Shown here piece after piece: positions 1-8,918 of a stretch of 32,000 bases of DNA. Source of the stretch: Oxalobacteraceae bacterium (GTDB taxonomy: Bacteria > Pseudomonadota > Gammaproteobacteria > Burkholderiales > Burkholderiaceae_D). The position numbers were made by a program, and so were the translations under genes. The stretch lies in assembly GCA_027490465.1 (NCBI GenBank), contig JAIXXZ010000112.1, positions 8,052 through 40,051 on the forward strand, read 5' to 3'. Position 1 is the stretch's first letter. Every line of letters starts with the position of its first letter. The notes beneath the pieces were generated by a model that saw only the letters and a program-made list of their open reading frames with translations, had not been told where the DNA came from and made no database searches.

Positions 1-11
1 TTTTTACATAT

Positions 12-1103
12 TTGCCCAGACTAACATTAAAATTACCGGCAATTGAAATGAGTGTAATTGCATTGCTGCTCGGTATTTTTTTTTCGGTTTTTATAAGTCT
101 ATTATCTACACGGCAAATTAGTGAGTTTCAAATACAGGCTTCCATTGGCTCGATCGAGGTTTATGCTCAAATATTTGCTGCATATTTATTGGCAAAGCAT
201 TTCCATCCGAAAATACCACAGACGATGATCGAAAAGTCTGTGGTTAATTACATTATTCCGCCAACATGCATTGCGATAATTGCGTTCGTCTGGAATCCAC
301 TTATAACGCATCAATTCATAAGCGAGTATGCATTTGGTATGTCAGACACAGGGCAATGGCGCTTTAGCGGTTTTTTTGGGCTCCCTTATTATGCTGCGAT
401 TGCATATAATTTATTCATTTTTCTTTGTGTCAAGGAGCTAAAGCATAAGCAACCAAAAAATAGCCGATTAATATTTTTAGTTTTGTTGATCACAATTTTG
501 CTTCTCGGCGGTTTATTGGCCGCATCTAAAACGTTTATATTTGGATTGCCGTTAATTTTGTATTTTGTAGCACATAATCATGGATATTCATTTTTTAGAA
601 ATCTCTGGGGCGCACTGAAATCGGCTGTGTTATTAATGGTGGCACTTGTTGTGGCTGCATCAGCTATTTCGGTGTGTCTCTTTGAGTCCGATAAAGTATT
701 TTTACTTTTTGAAAGTAACATTTTCAATGCAATAGATGCGCTGATTTTTAGGTATTCAGATGACAACGAGGCGATTGCTGGCATTCTCTCTGATCCAAAT
801 TGGTCCATGATCAATGGGGTGGGATTATTTGCTAATCCGGTCGCAACTGATTCGCAAATAAGAGACGTTATTTATAGATTTGGTCTGCTTGGCTTGATTC
901 CAATGTTTTTTTTGGTATTTCACGTATTGAAGAGGGCGTCAGGTGGCTATGGAATAGTATTTTTGATGATGCTGATCGGTGCCCTTGGAAGCAATACATT
1001 AACGCCAAAAAACTTATCTCTATTGATCTGGTACTTAATATTTTCTTCTATTATTTCATCTGCAGTTTATTTTAATAATCATCGATCTAAATTATGTTTG
1101 TAA
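12..1103 (+). CDS. Polytopic membrane protein, O-antigen/exopolysaccharide polymerase (Wzy)-like. The 5' end is uncertain: the frame is open to the window edge and there is an alternative ATG at 48.
   Basis: 363-codon ORF made almost entirely of hydrophobic helices. It is markedly AT-rich compared with the following genes and is the first gene of a glycosyltransferase operon. The call rests on architecture and context, not on a named motif. Confidence 0.5.
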   Translation: MPRLTLKLPAIEMSVIALLLGIFFSVFISLLSTRQISEFQIQASIGSIEVYAQIFAAYLLAKHFHPKIPQTMIEKSVVNYIIPPTCIAIIAFVWNPLITHQFISEYAFGMSDTGQWRFSGFFGLPYYAAIAYNLFIFLCVKELKHKQPKNSRLIFLVLLITILLLGGLLAASKTFIFGLPLILYFVAHNHGYSFFRNLWGALKSAVLLMVALVVAASAISVCLFESDKVFLLFESNIFNAIDALIFRYSDDNEAIAGILSDPNWSMINGVGLFANPVATDSQIRDVIYRFGLLGLIPMFFLVFHVLKRASGGYGIVFLMMLIGALGSNTLTPKNLSLLIWYLIFSSIISSAVYFNNHRSKLCL

Positions 1104-1122
1104 AACAATTGTGTTGACTTTG

Positions 1123-1150
1123 TCTCAATAAATATATTGAGAATTTTTTG
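1123..1150 (+). terminator. Weak AT-rich hairpin plus T-run after the Wzy-like gene
   Basis: TCTCAATA (1123-1130) pairs with TATTGAGA (1135-1142) across a 4-nt loop, followed by ATTTTTTG. The stem is all A/T-rich, so function is doubtful. Confidence 0.3.
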
Positions 1151-1152
1151 AT

Positions 1153-2259
1153 ATGAAAATTTTACATTTCATTCTCGGCAAAGCCAACAAGTCACGGGCA
1201 AACGGGGTCAATCAGGTTGTTGCAGGTCTTGCAAAGTATTGTGCATCACGCGGTGTATCGACTCGTGTTATTGGAAAGGCGGAATCTGTCGAGCGAGAAG
1301 GTGAAGTTATCTCTCGGGATGGGTTTTCTGTTGAAGCCTATTCGGTTTGGGGGAAGCCATTACTACATGCTCTGACCGAGGCAATTAGTTGGGCCGATGT
1401 TGTTCATCTGCACGGGGTTTATTCCCCATGGAATCTGATGGTCGCACGCATGTGCGATAAAGCGCGCACGCCTTATGTTGTCACGCTTCATGATGGCCTC
1501 GCATCTGGGCGATCGCACGCGCGTGGAAAGTATAAAAAGTGGTTGTTTCACACTTTTCTACAACGTAGACATTTGGCAAATGCAGCTGGCGTGCATGTTC
1601 TGACGGAAGAGGAGGCAACGGACTTATATTCTGTAGCGCAACCAAAAAATATTTTTTGCATACCCAATGGCGTCGATCTCGATGATTACCCATGTCTAGG
1701 CGAACGCAAGTATGTGGAATCCCGAGAAGTCACCATTGGTTACTTGGGTCGTTTGTCCGTCGAGAAAAACCTTGAAGCGCTATGTGTTGCGTTCTCTTTA
1801 CTGAATAGAAGCCACAAAATGCGATTGATGTTGGCTGGACCGCCTTCTGCTTATGGTAAGTCATTATTGAATCGGTTTGCTGAGCACGGGGTAATTGGTG
1901 TCGGTGCCAAATTTGGTATTGAGAAATCTGAATTTATTAGCTCTCTAGATTTATTTGTTCATCCTTCCCTGTGCGACGTGTTCTCAATCGCTGGTATGGA
2001 AGTTATGGCTTTGGGAACACCGTTGTTAATCACGCGCACATCGAAGGCCAGTTACTTTTATGATCGGCGGGCCTTTTTTATGTCCGAGCCCACCGTATTC
2101 GGTTTAGAGAGGGGTTTGCGCAATGCACTAGAGCACCGGGCGGACTGGCCTATCATGGTTGCGAATGGTCGGCGTTTAATTGAAGAAAGGCTCAATTGGC
2201 GTGCCGCAGCTGATGACATGCTAGCTGCTTATTACGGTATTGTGGTGAAACATGTATGA
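1153..2259 (+). CDS. Glycosyltransferase, GT-B fold group 1 (GT4-like)
   Basis: 368-aa ORF. The C-terminal block DLFVHPSLCDVFSIAGMEVMALGTPLLITR resembles the donor-binding E-x7-E region of group 1 glycosyltransferases. The stop overlaps the next start (ATGA at 2256-2259). Confidence 0.8.
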   Translation: MKILHFILGKANKSRANGVNQVVAGLAKYCASRGVSTRVIGKAESVEREGEVISRDGFSVEAYSVWGKPLLHALTEAISWADVVHLHGVYSPWNLMVARMCDKARTPYVVTLHDGLASGRSHARGKYKKWLFHTFLQRRHLANAAGVHVLTEEEATDLYSVAQPKNIFCIPNGVDLDDYPCLGERKYVESREVTIGYLGRLSVEKNLEALCVAFSLLNRSHKMRLMLAGPPSAYGKSLLNRFAEHGVIGVGAKFGIEKSEFISSLDLFVHPSLCDVFSIAGMEVMALGTPLLITRTSKASYFYDRRAFFMSEPTVFGLERGLRNALEHRADWPIMVANGRRLIEERLNWRAAADDMLAAYYGIVVKHV

Positions 2260-3560
2260 AGCTTGAAGTAACTGAGTTAGTAAAAAGGTCGCTTGCAGAC
2301 GTAATGCCTGTATTAGGGCTGAGGGGGGCGGATGCGCACGCGCGAGAGGGGGGCGACCTTGATTTCATCGTCCCTCCCGGTAATGCGGTATCCGCGTGCA
2401 GATTAGTTGCGAAAGCTGCGCTGGCCGAAGGATGGTTTCCTGTGGGATTTCGAGACATTGGCTATCTCGCGCAGATCGTTCTCATCCGTCCGACAACGTT
2501 AGGTGACGATGATGCGTTGAAGATTGACTTCTTCGACGGTCTACGTTGGTACGGTGTTGGCGTAGACATTGCGGGTCACGCACTTTTTGACCGACTTTTG
2601 CCCTTGCGACGCGACGAGACGAAGTTGGCAGGTGCCGTAGGATTCATCCAGAAGAGTCTTATCGTTGGCCAATTAAGCGAGCGCGACTGGGTGCGAGTTG
2701 AGGAGTCGGGGGTCGATGTGAGCTATTTAGCCGAGACTGCACAATCACTTTCTCTGCCGATCACCCGCAGTCAGATCGAGGCGCATGGTGTAACAGGACT
2801 TGCCAAATGGCGTTTACGGGCAGCTTCGGGCGGTGCAAAAAATGGAATATCTGTAGTTGCATGGCTTTTTCAAGCCACTACCACACATCTCAAGTTTAAG
2901 TCCGGCTTTGGGACAAAGGCGGGCTTGATTCTGGGCATTTCCGGGCTTGATGGCTCCGGTAAAAGTACCCTTGTTGACAGGTTGGTACGCGCTATCCGCA
3001 AGGGTGGCGGAGAACAACCCCAGATCGTTCACTTACTGCCTGCCTGGATACCCATGCCGCACCAGCTTTTTAGACGCCGAAAAACTCAAAGCAACTACAC
3101 TCGCCCTTATTCAGAGCCACCGGTTTCGTCGCGAATAAATGGATGGTTACGATTAGGTTTTTACATCTGGGCCTTTACGCTCGCACGACTAGAACTTTGG
3201 TTGCAAAGTGGGAGAGGGCGATTGATCATTATGGATCGTAGCTTCCTCGATTTCGCTTCTGATTTGACACGCTCTCGAATACCGGCAAGACGCCTGCCCA
3301 ATTGGTTGCTGAATGTGTTGATGCCATATGGGCGGCTGTTCTTTCTGGATGCATCTCCCGAGGAAGTGGTAGCTCGAAAGGGTGAACTAACACTAGAGAA
3401 AGCTCGATCACTTCAAGCCAACTACCGCGAAACCTGCGGAAATATTGGTGCGACTTTGCTGAATGGTGATCGCGCTGCAGATGATGTTTTCAAAGAATTG
3501 CTAGGACACCTTTCGTTGGATTACTTGCAGCGAATTCAGGCCGCAGAGAGATGCCAGTGA
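2256..3560 (+). CDS. Two-domain protein: N-terminal pol-beta-type nucleotidyltransferase-like region fused to a C-terminal thymidylate-kinase-like P-loop domain
   Basis: 434-aa ORF. The N-terminus carries GGDLDFIVPPGN (a G..D.D minimal NTase-like motif). Around residue 230, a Walker A GISGLDGSGKSTLV is followed by IIMDRSFLDF, typical of dTMP-kinase-like folds. The gene is translationally coupled on both sides. Confidence 0.6.
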   Translation: MKLEVTELVKRSLADVMPVLGLRGADAHAREGGDLDFIVPPGNAVSACRLVAKAALAEGWFPVGFRDIGYLAQIVLIRPTTLGDDDALKIDFFDGLRWYGVGVDIAGHALFDRLLPLRRDETKLAGAVGFIQKSLIVGQLSERDWVRVEESGVDVSYLAETAQSLSLPITRSQIEAHGVTGLAKWRLRAASGGAKNGISVVAWLFQATTTHLKFKSGFGTKAGLILGISGLDGSGKSTLVDRLVRAIRKGGGEQPQIVHLLPAWIPMPHQLFRRRKTQSNYTRPYSEPPVSSRINGWLRLGFYIWAFTLARLELWLQSGRGRLIIMDRSFLDFASDLTRSRIPARRLPNWLLNVLMPYGRLFFLDASPEEVVARKGELTLEKARSLQANYRETCGNIGATLLNGDRAADDVFKELLGHLSLDYLQRIQAAERCQ

Positions 3561-4837
3561 AAGCCAGTGTGTCGAGTAGTGTTCCTTTTCGACAGGGGCA
3601 ATATAAGCCCTGGATTCTGATAGCTGCCTATGACGTTAGTATGGGTGAGTCAAGTGAGGGTCACGTGGCTTTCAGCGTCCTAAGTCACCTTAATAAGACT
3701 TATCGCATCATTTTGGTAACACGCAAGAATAATAAGAATCGATTGGAGTACGACCCTGTCTTTGCCTCTACTTGCCATGGTGTTTATCTGATTGGCTACG
3801 ATTTACCTAAATGGGCGAGCTGGTGGAAACGTGGCGCACGGTTCTATCAAGCTTATGCCTATCTGTGGCAAATGAGTTGGCCAACAGTACTGAGGGGCCA
3901 TACTCGCATATTAGAGTCTCTCCGGTTAATTCACATTCTTAACTTCCACAATGACAGCATCCCGTCTCTTGCCTGGCAGACTGGCATTCCAGTAGTCTGG
4001 GGACCAATCAACCACAACGAAATCATTTCATGCTGGAGAAAAAAATACTGGCCTATCAATATTTCGATTAAGCACGTTACTTCTTTTGCATTACGTCGCA
4101 TGCTCTGGAAGTTTGACCCTTTTTTGAGGGCCCATATTCGCCATAGCAGAGTAGTGCTTTCAGCGGGAGAATGGGTTGATCGACGTCTTGAAATTCCAGT
4201 CACCAATCGTACGATCCGACGTAGCCAACTTGGTGCAAGTGAGAGTGCCTTCCATACAGGTTTCGAGACCGCCGGAATAAGCAATGGAAGTACAAGGGAA
4301 CTGATCTGCGCCGGGCGCGTTGATTGGATCAAGGGTTTAGATATTGCGATCGAAGCTCTTGTTCTTTTACCCGAGGAGTATCGTTTAAGAATCGTTGGAA
4401 ACGGGCCCGCAGAGCCTAGGTTGCGTGCTTTGGCATCCCAGTTGGACGTAAGCTCCAGGGTGACCTTTCAACCGCCGGTTCCCCGTGATGCACTCTCAGC
4501 GCTTTATGAGCAAGCCGACTTGTTTCTTTTTACTTCAGCTGAAGTGGCAGGCTTAGTGTGGGTTGAGGCGCTGGCCAGTGGCTTGCCAGTGGTGGCGTTC
4601 GATGGCATGACAGAAGTGGCATTGGCGGCGCGCTATCTTCCTGGAATCCAATTGGCAGTTACCGGTCAAGGGCGTCTTGAGAACGTTGAAAATTTTTCTG
4701 TTGCAATCAAGATTGCTGCAGAGGCACCCCGTAATCCAGCCGTCCTCAGAGCTGCTGTGCTGAAACATTATGGATGGAACGAACTGTCTGCAACGATTAA
4801 CAACGCCTATCGTGTAGCAATGGAGGGGCTCCAGTGA
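3551..4837 (+). CDS. Glycosyltransferase, group 1 family
   Basis: 428-aa ORF. It overlaps the upstream gene by 10 nt. The C-terminal block ADLFLFTSAEVAGLVWVEALASGLPVVAFD matches the GT1 donor-binding region. Confidence 0.75.
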   Translation: MPVKASVSSSVPFRQGQYKPWILIAAYDVSMGESSEGHVAFSVLSHLNKTYRIILVTRKNNKNRLEYDPVFASTCHGVYLIGYDLPKWASWWKRGARFYQAYAYLWQMSWPTVLRGHTRILESLRLIHILNFHNDSIPSLAWQTGIPVVWGPINHNEIISCWRKKYWPINISIKHVTSFALRRMLWKFDPFLRAHIRHSRVVLSAGEWVDRRLEIPVTNRTIRRSQLGASESAFHTGFETAGISNGSTRELICAGRVDWIKGLDIAIEALVLLPEEYRLRIVGNGPAEPRLRALASQLDVSSRVTFQPPVPRDALSALYEQADLFLFTSAEVAGLVWVEALASGLPVVAFDGMTEVALAARYLPGIQLAVTGQGRLENVENFSVAIKIAAEAPRNPAVLRAAVLKHYGWNELSATINNAYRVAMEGLQ

Positions 4838-5922
4838 TCATCTTTGTTCACTTGCTCAACGACCGCTCTGGAAGCCCGCGTGTTCTTTGTTCCACCATTG
4901 CAGCTTTACGGCAAGAAGAAGACCGGTTGCGCTTATTCGTTGGCAGCGGTGGCTCAGGTTTCCTTAATGATGCAGGCATAGAAACCACACGTTACTGGTA
5001 TAGGCGCACCCCAATCCGCATATTAACCCTAGGAACATACCTGATCAGCCAGATAGCCTTAGTGATCCGGCTGTTTCGCACACAAGACATCGACCGCAGT
5101 GCACTGATCTACGTTAATACACTTCTGCCCTTCGGTGCGGCGCTTTATGGGTGGATGACCGGAAGGCGCGTCGTGTATCACTTGCATGAGGTCTCGGTGA
5201 GCCCCGTGCCACTCAGATGGTTTCTAACGGCCATTGCGCGCCATACTGCGCGAAGTCTGATTTATGTATCGGATTTCCATCGAAACTGCTTGCCGATTGC
5301 TGGCGTTCCGGCCAGAACAATTCACAACTCACTCGATGAGGATTTTCTTATACGTGCACGCGCTAGCCAGTATGCACATCGCCGTAATGGGCATTTTAAG
5401 GTGTTGATGCTTTCCTCGCTGCGCGACTACAAGGGGGTACCAGAGTTTTTGGCTTTAGCCGATTGTTTTGCTGACCGTGCTGATGTTTGCTTCGACCTAG
5501 TGCTGAATGATGACCAGTTTGCAATCAGTAGATATTTCGCGGCTAAGTCGATATCAAGTTATGTCACGATACATGCTCGCACCGACGATCCTGCATTGCA
5601 CTATGCGCAGGCAAGCCTAGTGCTGAATTTATCGAGGCCAGACCTGTGGGTGGAAACCTTTGGTCTCACCCTGCTCGAAGCGATGGCCTTTGGAGTACCG
5701 GTAATCGCACCGCCCGTCGGCGGACCATTAGAACTAGTGCGCGAGGGACATGAAGGTTTCTTGATCGACTGCCGCAATACCAACGAGCTGGTAAGTAAGG
5801 TTTCGCAACTTGCTGGCAACGATGTGCTATGCCTCACTATGTCTGAGGCAGCGCGTCGCAGGGCTGAATGCTTTTCCCCCTCCGTATTTGCAAAGGCAAT
5901 GCGCGATGTTATTAAAAAATAA
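4834..5922 (+). CDS. Glycosyltransferase, group 1 family
   Basis: 362-aa ORF. GTGA overlap with the upstream stop. Motif VETFGLTLLEAMAFGVPVIAPPVGGPLELVREGHEGFL is a classical E-x7-E region. Confidence 0.85.
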   Translation: MIIFVHLLNDRSGSPRVLCSTIAALRQEEDRLRLFVGSGGSGFLNDAGIETTRYWYRRTPIRILTLGTYLISQIALVIRLFRTQDIDRSALIYVNTLLPFGAALYGWMTGRRVVYHLHEVSVSPVPLRWFLTAIARHTARSLIYVSDFHRNCLPIAGVPARTIHNSLDEDFLIRARASQYAHRRNGHFKVLMLSSLRDYKGVPEFLALADCFADRADVCFDLVLNDDQFAISRYFAAKSISSYVTIHARTDDPALHYAQASLVLNLSRPDLWVETFGLTLLEAMAFGVPVIAPPVGGPLELVREGHEGFLIDCRNTNELVSKVSQLAGNDVLCLTMSEAARRRAECFSPSVFAKAMRDVIKK

Positions 5923-5943
5923 AGTTAACGAAAACGCTGTATC

Positions 5944-7035
5944 TTGAAGACGATATCAATACTGGGAACCGTTGGAATTCCTGCCTCGTACGGGGGATTC
6001 GAAACACTGGTCGAGAACCTTGCTCGGTATCATCAGGCGAATAGGCTGCCTACCAAGTTGGTCGTCTATTGCAGTGCGAAGAGCTATTCCGTGCGAGAAA
6101 AGTCCTGTTATGGTGCTGACTTGCGTTATGTTCGGCTTAACGCTAACGGCGTTTCCAGCATTGCATACGATATCGCCTCTCTTTTTTCTGCCGTTTGGCA
6201 GCGCAGTGACGTCATCTTGCTCTTGGGTGTATCAGGTGCAATTGCCCTGCCATTGGTTCGATTATTGTCTCGTTCATGTATCGTGACCAATATTGATGGC
6301 ATCGAATGGAAGCGGAAAAAGTGGAAGGGGCTAGCACGTTGGTTCTTGCGGCTTTCCGAGAAAATAGCCGTGATGTTTTCGCACGAAGTGATTGCCGATA
6401 ATGGTGGGATTGCTGCTCATGTTTCGAAAATTTATGGAAAGCAGTGTCATGTGATTGCCTATGGAGGTGATCATGCGGTCCAAGCTACACCAAGCCAATA
6501 TGTTGGCGAACAGTTGCCTTCACGTTATGCTCTGGCGCTTTGCCGCATTGAACCTGAAAACAATGTGGGCTTGATTCTTGAAGCATTTGCAAGGCACCCA
6601 AGTATGCCGCTAGTTTTTGTCGGGAACTGGAACAACAGTGAATTTGGACGTGAGTTGCGAGAGCGTTTTGGCGGAGTAAAAACCCTGCATTTGTTAGATC
6701 CAATTTATGAATTGGGTGTCCTCCACAGCCTGCGCAGCAAGGCAACGATTTATGTACATGGTCACTCTGCAGGGGGAACCAATCCGTCACTGGTGGAAAT
6801 GATGCACTTTGGTGTGCCTGTGCTGGCGTACGACTGCGTCTTTAATCGCTACACCACGGACAATCAGGCTTTATGGTTTAGCGATGCTGAGTCATTGCTG
6901 GCTGCGATCGCTTCATTGACCTCGGCGGTCGCCAAGCAAACAGGGCTTGACATGAAGCGTATTGCCGAAGGTCGGTATACCTGGCGGCATATTGGGGAAG
7001 CCTACTTCAGGCTGTTGCTGCAAAACGATCGATGA
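5944..7035 (+). CDS. Glycosyltransferase with DUF1972-type N-terminus (WbbL/rhamnosyl- or mannosyltransferase-like class)
   Basis: 363-aa ORF with a TTG start. The N-terminus ISILGTVGIPASYGGFETLVENL is characteristic of DUF1972 glycosyltransferases. The C-terminal block is VHGHSAGGTNPSLVEMMHFGVPVLAYD. Confidence 0.75.
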   Translation: MKTISILGTVGIPASYGGFETLVENLARYHQANRLPTKLVVYCSAKSYSVREKSCYGADLRYVRLNANGVSSIAYDIASLFSAVWQRSDVILLLGVSGAIALPLVRLLSRSCIVTNIDGIEWKRKKWKGLARWFLRLSEKIAVMFSHEVIADNGGIAAHVSKIYGKQCHVIAYGGDHAVQATPSQYVGEQLPSRYALALCRIEPENNVGLILEAFARHPSMPLVFVGNWNNSEFGRELRERFGGVKTLHLLDPIYELGVLHSLRSKATIYVHGHSAGGTNPSLVEMMHFGVPVLAYDCVFNRYTTDNQALWFSDAESLLAAIASLTSAVAKQTGLDMKRIAEGRYTWRHIGEAYFRLLLQNDR

Positions 7036-7318
7036 AAATGATTCGTAGCTCCTCGACTCGGGGGCGGCGATGGCCTTGGTTGCTTTAGAGCTGGGCTGGC
7101 CGGTGACTGGCCTCGATGTGAAGGGTTTGATGATCTATGAAGACGGCAACGGTCGTGAGCACGCTAGACAGGCCGTTCCCTGCACGGATTTTCCCTTGCA
7201 GCAGATCAGGCTATACGCGTGCTGGGACACCGAGCACTGGGTGATCATGCTGCCCAGCGAGTATTAAAACGAGATCGAGCACTGAACTACACGTCCAGTG
7301 CCCATTGATCCCAACCAA

Positions 7319-7759
7319 TTATTTCTTGAAACCCGCTTTCAAGCTACCGCTTGCGGCTTCAATCTGAGCGTCCAGCTCGCCTGTTTCAACCGCAGACTTT
7401 ACCGTCTCGATTGCGGTGACCAAATCATCCAGATTGGCCACTTCAATGGCGTTCTTGCCTTTGGCAATATCCAGCACGCGTGATCCATAGCGTACTGAAA
7501 AACAAAGCTTGCCATTGTCGCCAGTGAACCACCACGGCCGCACTCGTTTGGGTGCGTCGATGATCACGCGCTCACCGGTTTCAGTGTTGCGTACAGATTT
7601 CCTGCGAACCGGTGCGAACGTTTCACCAGACTTTTGGGATCGTGCCAGCTGCAACTGCTCCCATAGTTTATCGCTCAACTTATTTCTTCGAACCACAATC
7701 GCAGGCAAGGCAGTGGGCTTGCGGGCTTCGACCAATTTCAGCTTGCTTAGTGCGCTCAT
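7319..7759 (-). CDS. Hypothetical small basic protein (possible DNA-binding or regulatory role given the adjacent repeat array)
   Basis: 146-aa ORF with a strong SD (GGAGGA 4 nt upstream of the ATG on the minus strand). Divergent from the hexamer array. No family recognised with certainty. Confidence 0.7.
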   Translation of the reverse strand: MSALSKLKLVEARKPTALPAIVVRRNKLSDKLWEQLQLARSQKSGETFAPVRRKSVRNTETGERVIIDAPKRVRPWWFTGDNGKLCFSVRYGSRVLDIAKGKNAIEVANLDDLVTAIETVKSAVETGELDAQIEAASGSLKAGFKK

Positions 7760-7918
7760 TTGTTCCTCCTATTTGGGTTAAGAGCACACTTACTTTATGA
7801 CTGATTTTTGGGCAGGACGACCGCGTTTTTGGATCAATTTGTCCAAAAGAGCGGAAATCAGCCTAATTTTCACTGCATTTTTCGTGGGTTTTCTTGTCTC
7901 AGGCATAAATATTTGTGC

Positions 7919-8170
7919 GAGTTGCTTTGTTCTAGTTGCGAGTTGCAGTTGCTAGAAGAAGAAAAACAGTTGCAGTTGCTAGAGAGTTGCAGTTGCTAGA
8001 GAGTTGCAGTTGTTGAGTTGTGTTGCTGAGGTAAATGAGTAGCCATGAGCAGCAACTCGAGACCAGCAACTTCCCTTTTGGGATCTGCCACTGGCAACTC
8101 AGCAACAGATCAGCAACTGTTTTTCTTCTTCTGCAACTGCAACTATTCCTGCAACCAGAAACCAGCAACT
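7919..8170. repeat. Strand-segregated hexamer array (AGTTGC on the left arm, GCAACT on the right arm), including 17-bp tandem iterons and a 32/33-bp inverted repeat
   Basis: - Left arm: 9 perfect AGTTGC copies at 7920, 7934, 7941, 7947, 7968, 7974, 7985, 7991 and 8002, plus degenerate copies extending to 8026.
- Right arm: 7 perfect GCAACT copies at 8052, 8066, 8094, 8113, 8133, 8139 and 8165, plus 2 degenerate copies.
- The 17-bp unit AGTTGCAGTTGCTAGAG is repeated at 7968, 7985 and (degenerate) 8002.
- 7941-7973 is the reverse complement of 8113-8144 except for a 1-nt indel. Confidence 0.9.
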
Positions 8171-8194
8171 GCACAAACTATCAAGGAGAAGATA

Positions 8195-8725
8195 ATGAGA
8201 GAAGCAGTAATCACGAGATCAGCAGAAATTAACCCAGTAGTCATCACGCAAGCACAAGCTGCTAAACCCGCAGAACGAGAAATCGCCATACGCGGCTTTA
8301 TCAATGAACGATTTGGCAGCACCTATGGACAAGGGCTTTTTCGCCGCGCAGTCTACAACGGCTCCATTGAGCTACGAAACCCATTTCAGAAATATCTGGT
8401 GGACTTCTTCACCTATGCCTATTGGGAAGTCAAAGCGCGGTCGGATCAGCAGATCAAGACCGTGAATGACATGCTGTCAGCTGGTATGGATAGTGATCCC
8501 GATATCCTGTTTTCTTGGTTGCAGCACTACGATCCAGTAACCAAGCACAAGTCAGCAGTTGCAGGCTACGCGGTGTATCACACCAAGACCAACGAAGTGC
8601 ATGTAAGTATCAACGATCCCGAGCGAGATGTAGTGGAGCAGTGGTGGCTTGATGCTCGCGCCTGCGCCAATCCAGGGCTAAAAAAACCAGCGTTTATTGC
8701 GGCCAATGTGGATCTCAACAGCTGA
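8195..8725 (+). CDS. Hypothetical protein (176 aa)
   Basis: In-frame ATG at 8195 preceded by AAGGAG (8183-8188). The longer 8045 start would translate through the hexamer repeats and has no SD. No recognisable motif. Confidence 0.65.
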   Translation: MREAVITRSAEINPVVITQAQAAKPAEREIAIRGFINERFGSTYGQGLFRRAVYNGSIELRNPFQKYLVDFFTYAYWEVKARSDQQIKTVNDMLSAGMDSDPDILFSWLQHYDPVTKHKSAVAGYAVYHTKTNEVHVSINDPERDVVEQWWLDARACANPGLKKPAFIAANVDLNS

Positions 8726-8918
8726 GCTGGGGCCCAGTGAAATAATTATGAAATTTGCAATAAAAGCCAGCCCAGTGAGCAAAACCCACAGCTCGCTGCA
8801 CTGGGTTTTGCACAGCAGGGCGCTAAAACGCGCTACAAGCGCTTTTTTGATGGCGTCTAGTACTGCACAAGCCCAGTAGCTGAATAAATAGCTTGTAGTG
8901 CTGATTTGACGCTTTAGG

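Noticed and set aside
7919-8170. Possible CRISPR array
   Set aside because: The repeat units are only 6-17 bp and mostly contiguous, with no unique spacers of about 30 bp. The two halves are in inverted orientation and no cas genes are present.
7808-8232. ORFs 7808-7999 (+), 7932-8174 (-), 8035-8232 (+) and the 8045 start of the 8045-8725 ORF, all lying in the hexamer array
   Set aside because: Their peptides are simply translations of the AGTTGC/GCAACT repeats (runs of SCS, LQL, QQL). They have no SD. The 8195 ATG, with an AAGGAG SD, explains the real coding part.
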